Shown here: positions 29,575 through 41,853 of the stretch, one piece after another
Position numbering within the stretch: the stretch's first letter is position 1
Layout of the letters: each line of letters starts with the position of its first letter
Assembly: GCA_036149055.1 (NCBI GenBank)
Contig: JAYZQJ010000268.1
Span: 1-64,000, forward strand
Reading direction: 5' to 3'
Origin: Myxococcota bacterium
GTDB taxonomy: Bacteria; Myxococcota_A; Polyangia; Polyangiales; Sandaracinaceae
Length of the DNA stretch: 64,000 bases
Program-made: the position numbers and the translations under genes
The notes under the pieces: generated by a model
Databases searched by the model: none
The model's input: only the letters and a program-made list of their open reading frames with translations
Told to the model about the DNA's origin: nothing

Positions 29575-31058
29575 CAGGAGTCTTCCTTCTCGTAGCGCTC
29601 GAGCTTGCGGTACAGCGTCCGTCGGTCGAGACCGAGGATGCGTGCCGCGCGCGACTTGTTGCCCTCGACGAGGGAGAGCACGCGGTGGATGTACCGCTTC
29701 TCGAGCTCGTGCATCGTGAGCAGCTCCTGGGGATCCTCCGCGTCCATCACGAAGCGGCTCGCCTTGTAGGCGCGCACGTTCTCCGGGAGGTCCTCCACCG
29801 TGAGCTTGTCGAAGCGGGTGAGCGCGACGGCGCGCTCCACGCAGTTCTCGAGCTCGCGCACGTTGCCCGGCCAGTCGTAGGCCATGAGCTTCTTCGCCGT
29901 GGGCGTCGCGATGCCGTCCACGTCCTTGTGGAAGCGGCCGCCGAAGCGCTCGACGAAGGCCTGCGCGAGCAGGAGGATGTCGCCGCCGCGCTCCCGGAGC
30001 GGGGGCACCGGCACGCGCACGACGTTGATGCGGTAGTAGAGGTCCTCGCGGAACTCGCCCCGCTTGATCTCGGCCTCGAGGTCCCGGTTCGTCGCCGCGA
30101 TCACGCGCGCGTCGAAGGGGATCTCGTCGTTCGAGCCGACCGGGCGCACCTTCCGCTCCTGCAGGGCGCGCAGCAGCTTGGGCTGCACCTCCATCGGGAG
30201 CTCGCCGATCTCGTCGAGGAAGAGCGTGCCGCCGTTGGCGCGCGAGAAGAGACCCTCGCGCTGCCCCTTCGCGTCGGTGAAGGCGCCCTTCGCGTGACCG
30301 AAGAGCTCCGACTCGATGAGGGTGGCGGGCACCGCCGCGCAGTTGATGGCCACGAAGGGCTCGTCCGCGCGGACGCTGCGCTCGTGGATCGCCTTGGCGA
30401 CCAGCTCCTTACCGGTGCCGGACTCGCCGGTGATGAGCACCGACGCGTCGGTCTCGCTCAGGCGGTCGACCAGATCGTAGACCTTGCGCATCGCGCTCGA
30501 CTTGCCGATGAGCTTCTCGAAGCCCCGCGACTCCTCGACCGCGCTCCGCAGGCGACGGACCTCGTCACGCAGGCGGTGATGCTGCACGCCGCGGGAGACC
30601 GTCAGCGCGAGCAGCTTCATGTCGATCGGCTTGGTGATGAAGTCGTACGCGCCGACGCGGATCGCGCCGACCGCCTTCTCCATCGTGCCGTGACCGGTGA
30701 CGAGGACGACCGGCAGGTCGGGCTTGGTGCCGACGATGCGCTCGCACAGCTCCAGGCCGCCCATGTCGTCCATGAGCAGGTCCGTCAGGACCAGGTCGTA
30801 GGTCGTGTCCTGCACGGTATCGAGGGCGTCCTTGGCACGCGTGTACCACTCGACCTCGAAGCCGTGCTTCTCGAGACCCGCTGCGATGAGCTCGCACGTC
30901 GACTGATCGTCGTCCACGACGAGGACGCGACCGTTGCCCTTGACCGTCGACGTGCGATCGGGGCGATCGTCGTCCCGGTCGTCCGCCCCGGGGGGCATCG
31001 GCGACGAGTGGGCTCGTCCCTCGTCGAAGCTCATGGGGGCCGGCATTGCACCGCTCAT
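29574..31058 (-). CDS. sigma-54-dependent response regulator (NtrC family)
   Basis: Receiver, GESGTGKE, ESELFGHAKGAFTDA, WPGNVRELEN, Fis-type HTH; GGAGG RBS before ATG 31058. Confidence 0.95.
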   Translation of the reverse strand: MSGAMPAPMSFDEGRAHSSPMPPGADDRDDDRPDRTSTVKGNGRVLVVDDDQSTCELIAAGLEKHGFEVEWYTRAKDALDTVQDTTYDLVLTDLLMDDMGGLELCERIVGTKPDLPVVLVTGHGTMEKAVGAIRVGAYDFITKPIDMKLLALTVSRGVQHHRLRDEVRRLRSAVEESRGFEKLIGKSSAMRKVYDLVDRLSETDASVLITGESGTGKELVAKAIHERSVRADEPFVAINCAAVPATLIESELFGHAKGAFTDAKGQREGLFSRANGGTLFLDEIGELPMEVQPKLLRALQERKVRPVGSNDEIPFDARVIAATNRDLEAEIKRGEFREDLYYRINVVRVPVPPLRERGGDILLLAQAFVERFGGRFHKDVDGIATPTAKKLMAYDWPGNVRELENCVERAVALTRFDKLTVEDLPENVRAYKASRFVMDAEDPQELLTMHELEKRYIHRVLSLVEGNKSRAARILGLDRRTLYRKLERYEKEDS

Positions 31059-31099
31059 TCTCTCTCCTCCTCCTTCGGAATCCTCTTCGGCTCTGATCA

Positions 31100-32476
<1,377 letters not shown>

Positions 32477-32642
32477 CGCTTCGCTCCTCACGTCTGCCCC
32501 GTGACCGCAAGGTGCGTGCCGTGACGAAATGGAAGGCAACGGGGCGCATTTCCCCGTGAATCCTGCGCAGCGCGCTGGGGCATGATGCCACAGGGTGTCG
32601 CAACGCACCGCGCCGGGGCCTGCCAGGCGCCGGCGTGGCCGG

Positions 32643-32658
32643 TGGCGCATCGGTTGCG
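32643..32658 (+). promoter_or_regulatory. putative sigma-54 promoter of the usp gene
   Basis: TGGCGC-ATCGG-TTGCG, near consensus; predicted +1 falls ~3 nt before ATG 32672. Confidence 0.65.
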
Positions 32659-32671
32659 ACGTGTAGGACGC

Positions 32672-33349
32672 ATGACCACCCATGTAGACCCGCGACGGCC
32701 CCACGTAATCCTCGTGGGGACCGACTTCACCGACGCGTCCAAGCTCGCGGTCAGGCAGGCCTGGCACCTGGCGACCCAGCGCACCGACGCGCAGCTCCAC
32801 GTGGCCCACGTGGCCGACGACGACCGCGGGCTGCGCCGGAAGACGGACGCGCTGCTCCACCGGGACGCGCTGCTGCGCGAGCTGCCCGCCAAGGTGCGGA
32901 ACCACGCGATCCAGCAGGCGCAGGCCGCGAGCCTCGCGCCGCTGCATCAGGCGTTGGGCGTGCACGTGCGGCTGGGCGACCCCGTCGACGGGCTGCTGCA
33001 GCTCGCCGCCGACCTCGACGCGGCGATGCTCGTCGTCGGCAGCCACGCCAAGACCGGGCTCGACCGCTTCCTGGGCTCCGTGTCGAACGCGCTGGTGAAG
33101 GCCGGCAAGCTGCCGGTGCTCGTCAGCCGCCCCCGGGATCTCGAGGCCATGGCCAAGAGCGCGCAGCTCGAGCCGCCCTGCCCCGACTGCGTCGACACCC
33201 GGCACGTCACGGCGGGCGCCGAGTGGTGGTGTGAGGTGCACGCCCGCCCGCACGTCCCGACCCACGTCTACTCGTCGACCCAGCGCGTCGACTTCGCCAA
33301 GCCGGCCGCCGACTTCGAGGGCGCGCTGCGCCCGGCTTCGAACGCCTGA
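32672..33349 (+). CDS. universal stress protein with C-terminal CxxC...CxxH extension
   Basis: ILVGTDFTDAS, LVVGSH..GLDRFLGSVS, PVLV; tail CPDC..WCEVH. Confidence 0.9.
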   Translation: MTTHVDPRRPHVILVGTDFTDASKLAVRQAWHLATQRTDAQLHVAHVADDDRGLRRKTDALLHRDALLRELPAKVRNHAIQQAQAASLAPLHQALGVHVRLGDPVDGLLQLAADLDAAMLVVGSHAKTGLDRFLGSVSNALVKAGKLPVLVSRPRDLEAMAKSAQLEPPCPDCVDTRHVTAGAEWWCEVHARPHVPTHVYSSTQRVDFAKPAADFEGALRPASNA

Positions 33350-33363
33350 GCCGGCGGCGCCGA

Positions 33364-35439
33364 TCAGCGCCGCGCGCCCAGGGCGTCGAGCGACTCCCAG
33401 TCGCCCGCCGGGTCCGTCGCGGCGACCAGAGACACGCGCAGGCACGCTCGCGAGGGCCCCACGAGCACGTGGGCTCCGTCCACCGCGCCGTGGGCCACGC
33501 GCTCGGCGTGCAGGCGCTTGAGGGCCTGCCGCACCTGCGCGATCGCGCGATCCCGGGAGCCTCGGCCGAGCTCGCCGAGTGGCCGACCGCTCGGGTGCTC
33601 GAGGACGACGAGCCCGCGCTCGTCGTCGATGGCGTAGATGGCCTGCAGGAAAGGCCCGTCGGCGCGAGCGAAGGCGCGGAGGCGCTCCCGGGTCTCCGCG
33701 TCGGCGTCGAGCAGCTCCACCCGCCGGTCGAGCAGCTCGTCCTTCGCGAGCCGCGTCCCCGCCGGCCCGTCGCCGAGCACCCGGTAGCGATCGGTCTCGT
33801 GCATGGGAGCCGGCGGCTCGGTGGTCACGCGCGGCGCCGCGCTCGTCTCCGGCGGCAGCTCGACGTCGCCCCACGGCAGGTCGCGCATCCGATCGAGCAC
33901 CTCTCCCGCCGAGTCGGGCCGATCCCGCGTCTCCTTCTGCAGGAGCGTGGCGATGAGGTCGTCGAAGGCGTCGCCGAGCCACGGCGCGACCTCGCTCGGC
34001 GCGGGCGGGGTCATCTCGAGGTGCTGGCTCACGAAGTCCGGGCCGGGGAACGGCAGGCGGCCGGTGAGGCAGCGGAAGAGGATGACCCCGAAGGCGTAGA
34101 GATCGGTCGACGCGTCGGGACGGCGGCTGCCCGTGATCTGCTCGGGCGACATGTAGGCCAGCGTGCCCATGAGCGCGCCGGTGAGGGTGGCGCCGAGGTC
34201 GGTGAGGTGGGCGACGCCGAAGTCGCCGAGCTTCACGTCGCCGCCCTCCGCGAAGAACACGTTCGCGGGCTTGATGTCGCGGTGCACCACCCCGCGGCGA
34301 TGCACCGCCTCGAGCGCCGCGAGGACGGCGCGCCCCATCAGCGCGGTCTGCGGCGGCGAGTACGCCCGCGGCGCCTCGTCGGGCCCGATCAGCCGGTCGG
34401 CCAGGGTCCCGCCCGCCATGTGCTCCATGACCAGGAAGGGGCCGTCCGGGTTGAACTCGAAGACCTTCACGACGTTCGGGTGCGAGATGCCGGCGGCCAC
34501 CCGGGCCTCGCGGGCGAAGCGCACGAAGGCGTCGCGCCCCGCCGCTCCGCCCCCGACGTTGAGCACCTTCACGGCGACCTCGCGATCGTGGAAGGCGTCG
34601 TGCGCGAGCAGCACCCGGCCGGTGGCGCCGGCGCCGAGGGGCCGCAGCACCCGGTAGCGCCCCGCCAGCAGGCGGTCGCCCTGCTCCTTGCCGACGAGCG
34701 CGGCCACGCCCCGGCGGTCGCCGAACTCGCGCTCGAGGAACTCCGGCACCGTGACCGGGAGATCCGGCTCGAGCTCTCGCTGGAGCACACGGAGCGCGTC
34801 GAGCCGGCTGCCCGCCGCCTCGTCGAGCCCCATCGCGGCGAAGCAGGCGATCATCAAGCGCAGCGCCGGGCGCTCGTGGGTGGGATCTTCGCTCGCGCTC
34901 TGAAGCGCGCGGACGGCGTGATCCCAGCGGCCGAACTGCGCGAGGATCCGCCCGAGCGCGAGCGCGGTCTCGGCGTCCTCGGGATCCTCGCGGAGGCGAC
35001 GCTCGTAGAGCATGCCGGCCTGTCGCGGCTGACCGAGCGCGAGGCGGCAGCGGGCGGCGTCCCGGTATTCGCTCGCCTGCTCGTAGAGCGACGCCGCCGC
35101 CTCCGCCTCGCCCGCCGCCTCCCGCAGCCGCGCCGCGTCGAGCACCAGCCCCTTCGACTCCGCGTGCACCGCGGCCCGCACCGCCTGCTCCGGGTGGTCC
35201 TCGAGCAGGTGCAACAGCCGGCCGCAGGCGTCGCGATCCTGCGCCGACAGCGCGTGGCGATAGGCCTGCGCGAGCAGCCCGCTCTGCTCCGCGATGGCGA
35301 TGGCCTCGTCCCACTTCCAGACGGCCGCGTAGAGCTCCGCCGCGCGCCCCGGCTCCCCGTGGGCCACGAGCAGGTCCGCCGCCTCCTGGTGCCGCCCGTC
35401 CTTCACCAGGCGCTCGATCCGGCTCTCCAGGTCCTGCAT
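33364..35439 (-). CDS. Ser/Thr protein kinase with N-terminal TPR-like repeats
   Basis: GAGATG, VAVK, HRDIKPAN, DFG, GTLAYMSPE, DLYAFG. Confidence 0.93.
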   Translation of the reverse strand: MQDLESRIERLVKDGRHQEAADLLVAHGEPGRAAELYAAVWKWDEAIAIAEQSGLLAQAYRHALSAQDRDACGRLLHLLEDHPEQAVRAAVHAESKGLVLDAARLREAAGEAEAAASLYEQASEYRDAARCRLALGQPRQAGMLYERRLREDPEDAETALALGRILAQFGRWDHAVRALQSASEDPTHERPALRLMIACFAAMGLDEAAGSRLDALRVLQRELEPDLPVTVPEFLEREFGDRRGVAALVGKEQGDRLLAGRYRVLRPLGAGATGRVLLAHDAFHDREVAVKVLNVGGGAAGRDAFVRFAREARVAAGISHPNVVKVFEFNPDGPFLVMEHMAGGTLADRLIGPDEAPRAYSPPQTALMGRAVLAALEAVHRRGVVHRDIKPANVFFAEGGDVKLGDFGVAHLTDLGATLTGALMGTLAYMSPEQITGSRRPDASTDLYAFGVILFRCLTGRLPFPGPDFVSQHLEMTPPAPSEVAPWLGDAFDDLIATLLQKETRDRPDSAGEVLDRMRDLPWGDVELPPETSAAPRVTTEPPAPMHETDRYRVLGDGPAGTRLAKDELLDRRVELLDADAETRERLRAFARADGPFLQAIYAIDDERGLVVLEHPSGRPLGELGRGSRDRAIAQVRQALKRLHAERVAHGAVDGAHVLVGPSRACLRVSLVAATDPAGDWESLDALGARR

Positions 35440-35484
35440 TCGGCCGAGAGCCTACCGCGATCCGAGCCACCGTTCTGGAACACC

Positions 35485-35655
35485 GGGACGGAGTTTCCTT
35501 GTTTCCGAGCGCCTCTCACGTGCTCGAACCGGCCCGCGCAGGGCCCGTCCAGGCCCTCCGAGGCGCCCGGGACCGGTGTGGGCCCCCTCCGGGCGGCCCC
35601 TCGAGGGCGAGTCGGGAACTGAGCACGCGATTGGGCAACAAGGAAACTCCGTCCC
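35485..35655. repeat. 171-bp element bounded by perfect 19-bp inverted repeats (MITE-like)
   Basis: GGGACGGAGTTTCCTTGTT (35485-35503) and AACAAGGAAACTCCGTCCC (35637-35655). Confidence 0.7.
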
Positions 35656-35712
35656 CAGGTCCTGGGTTGGGGACCGGCGGCCGGGGGGCGGGGTTCGGGT
35701 AGACTGCGCGGC

Positions 35713-37080
35713 GTGAGCCGCTTCCCTGGACCGCGCGGGCGCTTCGGCGTGCGCAACCTCGTGCGCTTCGTGCGCGATCAGCTCGGCTTCCTCCGCGAGA
35801 TGACCGATCGCCACGGCGACGTCGTCGAGATGCGCATGCTCGGGCGGCCGTGGATCCTCGTCAATCACCCTGACGACGTCGAGCGGGTGCTGGTGAAGGA
35901 GCACGCGAAGCTGGAGCGCGACGAGTACGCGTCGGTCCTCGAGCGGGCCCTCGGCAAGGGGCTGCTCACCTCGGACGGCGAGCTGTGGAAGCGGCAGCGA
36001 CGGCTCGCGGCCCGCGCGTTCACGCCCAAGCGGATCCGCGGCTACGGCGACCGCATGGTCGAGGTGACCGCCGCCAGCCTCGAGCGCTGGCGCGACGGCG
36101 AGGTGATCGATCTGCACGCCGAGATGAGCCGCGTGACCATGGAGGTGGTGGCCGACGCGCTCTTCGGGGTTGGCGTGAGCCCGCGCGACGTGGACACGGT
36201 CCGCGACTCCATGGAGGAGATCAACGCGTTCTTCGCCAACAGCCCCGAGGCGCTGATGCGACTGCCTCCCCGGGTGCCGACGCCTCGCAACCGCCGGATG
36301 AGCGCGGCCATCGCCGCGATCGACGCGCTGCTCTTCCGGATCATCGAGGAGCGGCGGCGCGATCCCGAGGAGCGAGACGATCTGCTCGGCGCGCTCCTCG
36401 CGGCCCGCGACGACGACGGCAGCGCGATGGACGACGCGCAGCTGCGGGACGAGTGCGTGACCCTCTTCCTGGCCGGGCACGAGACCACCGCGCTCGCGCT
36501 CGCGCACGTCTTCTTCCTGCTCAGCAAGCACCCCGCGGTCGGGCGCCGGATGCAGGCCGAGATCGACGGCGCCCTCGGCGGCCGCCGCGCGCGGAGCGAC
36601 GACGCCAAGGCGCTGCCTTACACCCGCCAGGTGATCGAGGAGGCGATGCGCCTCTACCCGCCCGCCTGGATCACGGGCCGCGCGGTCGCCGAGCCGATCA
36701 CGCTGCGGGGGCGCGAGATCCCGGTGGGCGCGCAGCTGGTGGTGAGCCAGTGGATCGTGCACCGCGATCCGCGCTGGTGGGACGACCCCGAAGGGTTCGA
36801 CCCGGACCGCTTCGCGCCCGGCGCCGCCAAGGAGCGCCCGCGCTTCGCCTACTTCCCGTTCGGCGGCGGCCCCCGCGTCTGCATCGGCAACCACTTCGCG
36901 ATGCTCGAGGCGATCCTGCTGACCGCCACCATCGCGCAGCGCTACCGCCTCGACCTGGTGCCGGGCGAGCGCCTCGAATTCGACCCGTCGGTCACCCTGC
37001 GCCCGGTCCGGCACGTCCGCACTCGGCTCGTCGCCCGGGCACCGCTGGAGCGACCGGGCGACCGCGAGGCTGCGGAGTGA
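35713..37080 (+). CDS. cytochrome P450
   Basis: AGHETT, EAMR (ExxR), FDPDRF, heme motif FGGGPRVCIG. Confidence 0.96.
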   Translation: MSRFPGPRGRFGVRNLVRFVRDQLGFLREMTDRHGDVVEMRMLGRPWILVNHPDDVERVLVKEHAKLERDEYASVLERALGKGLLTSDGELWKRQRRLAARAFTPKRIRGYGDRMVEVTAASLERWRDGEVIDLHAEMSRVTMEVVADALFGVGVSPRDVDTVRDSMEEINAFFANSPEALMRLPPRVPTPRNRRMSAAIAAIDALLFRIIEERRRDPEERDDLLGALLAARDDDGSAMDDAQLRDECVTLFLAGHETTALALAHVFFLLSKHPAVGRRMQAEIDGALGGRRARSDDAKALPYTRQVIEEAMRLYPPAWITGRAVAEPITLRGREIPVGAQLVVSQWIVHRDPRWWDDPEGFDPDRFAPGAAKERPRFAYFPFGGGPRVCIGNHFAMLEAILLTATIAQRYRLDLVPGERLEFDPSVTLRPVRHVRTRLVARAPLERPGDREAAE

Positions 37081-37141
37081 CTATCGCCAGAATAGCAAAA
37101 GGCTATTGGTCTCAGCCAAAGCAGCCTCTCAGGCTATGGTC

Positions 37142-37795
37142 ATGCGCACCCTCCTGCTCTCGCTTCTCCTGCTGACCGCGTGCTCCACCTCCCACGGGGG
37201 CGCGCTCGACGCGGCGTCCACGACCGACGCCGCGCTGCCCTCGGACGCCGGACCGCCCCCGACTCCGACGCGCTGTGAGACGACCTGCGACGCGCGCCGC
37301 ACCGACATCGGCGGCTGCCCCGTCGAGGACTGCCAGGCGCGCTGCGCCGAGACCACGGACCGCTCGTTCGACGCGTTCGCGACCTGCGTGATCAGCGATC
37401 CCCTCTGCTTCCAGACCCTCGACGACTGCGTGCACGGCGCGCTCTACCCGGCGCCGGTGCCGACCCCGGTCACGTTCCGCGGGTCCGACCTCCTCGCGCA
37501 CGAGGGTCGGACGGTGCACCTGCTCTTCCGCGCGGACTTCGCCATCGAGCGCGCGACCGCCGAGATCCGCGACGGCGCCTTCGAGGTCACCCTCACCCCC
37601 GAGGTCCCGGGCTACGGGGTCATCACGGCGCTCGCCTACGTCGACGTCGACGGCGACGAGGTCTGCACGGCCGGCGTCGACCGCACCGCGTACCTGATGC
37701 CCGAGCGCAGCGGCACCTTCGACGCCCCCGCCTGGACGGTCACGCTCCGCGGCCCGGTCGAGGCCTCCGTCGAGGGCCACTGCGGCGAGCTCTGA
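37142..37795 (+). CDS. hypothetical Cys-containing lipoprotein
   Basis: Lipobox LTAC; GC3-rich frame. Confidence 0.7.
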   Translation: MRTLLLSLLLLTACSTSHGGALDAASTTDAALPSDAGPPPTPTRCETTCDARRTDIGGCPVEDCQARCAETTDRSFDAFATCVISDPLCFQTLDDCVHGALYPAPVPTPVTFRGSDLLAHEGRTVHLLFRADFAIERATAEIRDGAFEVTLTPEVPGYGVITALAYVDVDGDEVCTAGVDRTAYLMPERSGTFDAPAWTVTLRGPVEASVEGHCGEL

Positions 37796-37821
37796 GCCAG
37801 GCACCGCCCCGCCGAGCGGAC

Positions 37822-38394
37822 TCAACTCTGCCCGAGCATGGAGCGGGCCACGTCGAGGAGGACCTCCGCGAGGCGCTCCCCGCGGACCTCGACCACGTCG
37901 TCGAGCAGATAGGCGCCTTCGATCGCGGTGAGCAGCACGGTCACCACCTCGGCGAGCCTCTCGCGTGGCACGTCGGCGGTCTCGTGGGCGAGCCGCTCGA
38001 TGCCGGCCTCGAGGATCGCCCGGTAGCGCTCCCGCAGCCGCGCGCGGACCCCCGGCTCGGTCCGGGCGAGCGCGAAGAGCTCTCGAAAGACGGGGGCCGC
38101 CGCGAGGACCTCCTCGTCGCAGAGGCTGACCCGCAGCGTCGCCTCGAGCGACGGCTCCCCCGCGCGCGCCTGGGCGCGCTCCATCGCCTCGTCGCACGCC
38201 GCGAAGTGATGGTCGACCAGCCCCACGAGCAGCGCCTCGCGTGACGGGTAGTGGTACTGGACGTTGCTCAGCGCCAGCCCCGCCCGCGTCGCGACCTGCC
38301 GCATGGTGAGCCCCGCCGCCCCCCGCTCGCGGAGCACCTCCAGGGCCGCGCCCGCGATCCGGGCCGGCGTGCTCTGCGCGGAGGGACGAGTCAT
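37822..38394 (-). CDS. TetR/AcrR family regulator
   Basis: LTMRQVATRAGLALSNVQYHYPSREAL HTH. Confidence 0.92.
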   Translation of the reverse strand: MTRPSAQSTPARIAGAALEVLRERGAAGLTMRQVATRAGLALSNVQYHYPSREALLVGLVDHHFAACDEAMERAQARAGEPSLEATLRVSLCDEEVLAAAPVFRELFALARTEPGVRARLRERYRAILEAGIERLAHETADVPRERLAEVVTVLLTAIEGAYLLDDVVEVRGERLAEVLLDVARSMLGQS

Positions 38395-38406
38395 CGCTTG
38401 ACGCCT

Positions 38407-38447
38407 TAGGTCACACGACCTAAGCCAGCAATAGGTCACGTGACCTA
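38407..38447. promoter_or_regulatory. two TetR operator palindromes
   Basis: TAGGTCACACGACCTA (38407-38422) and perfect TAGGTCACGTGACCTA (38432-38447) between divergent tetR and oxidoreductase genes; TTGACG at 38398. Confidence 0.85.
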
Positions 38448-38471
38448 CTCGAATCCAGCAAGGAACCAACG

Positions 38472-39425
38472 ATGACCGCAACGATGCGTGGGCTCGTCCT
38501 CGACTCCTCCCGCGGGTGGGCTCCCACCCTCCGCACCGATCTCGCGCGGCCCACCACGGGCCCCGGCGAGGTCCTCGTCCGCGTCACCCACGCGGGCGTC
38601 TTCGGGCACGACTTCGAGCTGGCGAAGCGCTGGCTCGGGCGCCTGCTGGGTCGCGTCCAGGGCGCACGCGGCGAGGTGCGCACCGGGCTCGACTTCGCGG
38701 GCGTGGTGCAGACCGGGGGCGAGCGCTTCCGGGAGGGCGCGCGGGTCATGGGCTACGTCGACATGGTCTCGGGCTACAAGCCGCACGCCGACTACCTCGC
38801 GATCCCCGAGGCCTATCTCACGCACGCCCCCGAGGGCGTCGACCCGGCCCACGCGGCCGCCCTCCCGATGAGCGCCCAGACCGCGCTGGTGGCGCTCCGC
38901 GAGATCGCCGCCGTCGGCCCGGGGCAGCGCGTGCTCGTGCTCGGCGCGTCGGGCGGAGTCGGGGTGATGGCGGTTCAGATCGCGCGTCTCCTCGGCGCCG
39001 GGGTGACCGCGGTGGCCTCGCCGCCGCATCACGCGCTGCTCACCGAGCTCGGCGCGGAGGAGTGCGTCGACTATCGGACCACCCGGCTCGAGGCGATGCA
39101 GGGCCCCTACGACGCGGTGCTCGACTTCTCGGCGACCGCGCGCCTATCCCAGGTCCGCCACCTCCTCGGTCCCGCCGGCGTCTTCATCCCCGCAGACCCC
39201 ATGCGGAACCTCTCCGACATCGTCTGCTCCCGCCGCGCGAAGTGGCTGATGGTCGACCGGGGCGACGCCGCGCTCCTCGACCAGATCGCCGCCTGGGCCG
39301 CGCGCGGCGAGCTCCGCCCGATCGTGAGCGAGGTCTTCGACCTCTCGGAGTGGCCGCGCGCCGTCGCACGCAGCCACGAGCGCGGGACCGCGGGCCGGCT
39401 CGTGCTCCGCCTCGGCGAGGGGTGA
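38472..39425 (+). CDS. NAD(P)-dependent MDR-family oxidoreductase (zinc-independent)
   Basis: GLDFAGVV, AAALP, LGASGGVG..AVQIA. Confidence 0.88.
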   Translation: MTATMRGLVLDSSRGWAPTLRTDLARPTTGPGEVLVRVTHAGVFGHDFELAKRWLGRLLGRVQGARGEVRTGLDFAGVVQTGGERFREGARVMGYVDMVSGYKPHADYLAIPEAYLTHAPEGVDPAHAAALPMSAQTALVALREIAAVGPGQRVLVLGASGGVGVMAVQIARLLGAGVTAVASPPHHALLTELGAEECVDYRTTRLEAMQGPYDAVLDFSATARLSQVRHLLGPAGVFIPADPMRNLSDIVCSRRAKWLMVDRGDAALLDQIAAWAARGELRPIVSEVFDLSEWPRAVARSHERGTAGRLVLRLGEG

Positions 39426-39435
39426 AGAAACCGCG

Positions 39436-40139
39436 TCAGCCTCCGCAGCTGCCTCCGGTGCACTCGAACGTCAGGTCGCAGACGGGCCCGTCGCCGCAGC
39501 GACACTCCCCGGCGACGCAGGAGTCGGCGGAGGGTGTGCAGCGGGTGCCGCAGAGGCCGCAGTTGTCGAAGTCGGTCTGGACGTCGACGCAGCCCGAGGC
39601 GCAGCAGGTCTGACCTTCGGCGCAGGGGCCGGTGCCGGGCGCGGTCGAGCAGTCGCACCGACCGGCCTCGTCGCAGACGTCGGCGCGCGAGGGATCGATC
39701 CCGTCGCAGCCGGCGCAGCATTCGGCGGACTCGTCGATCCGGCCGTTGCAGTCGTTGTCGCGGCCGTCGCACAGCTCGGGCGCGCCGGGCACGCTCCCGC
39801 CGAAGGGCGGGCGCACGTCGGCGCGGGTGTCGTCGCAGTCGCAGGTGGTGAGGTCGTCGCCCTCGCGGCAGGCCTCCACTCCGTCACCGTCGTTGTCACC
39901 GCAGGACTGGTCGCGGCCGTCACAGTTCTGGTCCATGCGGTCGCCGCAGATCTCGATCTGCAGCGCGCACCCCGCGTCGCCGCCCGGCGGCGGGCTGCCG
40001 TCGGGCCCCGGGGGCGGCGAGCCGTCCGGGCCCGGCGTGGTCGAGCCGTCCATGCCGGGCGTCACCGCGCCGTCCGCCGGATCCTCGCCGCCGTCGCAGC
40101 CGACGGCGAGGAGCGCGATCGCGAGCGTGAGCCGCGCGA

Positions 40140-40143
<4 letters not shown>
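39436..40143 (-). CDS. Cys-rich lipoprotein (MopE-like CDGxDNDC and Stig1-like motifs)
   Basis: Lipobox AVGC; ELCDGRDNDCNG; CVDVQTDFDNCGLCG; ATGA overlap. Confidence 0.78.
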
Positions 40144-41762
<1,619 letters not shown>

Positions 41763-41853
41763 TCGATCCTCCAAGAGAGCCAGAGTACCGATCGGAGCCG
41801 CTCGGAAGAAGACCGCCCGCGCTTTTCCTCCCCCCTTGACCGCGGGGCCTCGA

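Noticed and set aside
30270..30300. GAFTDA instead of GAFTGA in the activator
   Set aside because: A variant seen in other sigma-54 activators; not evidence of novelty by itself.
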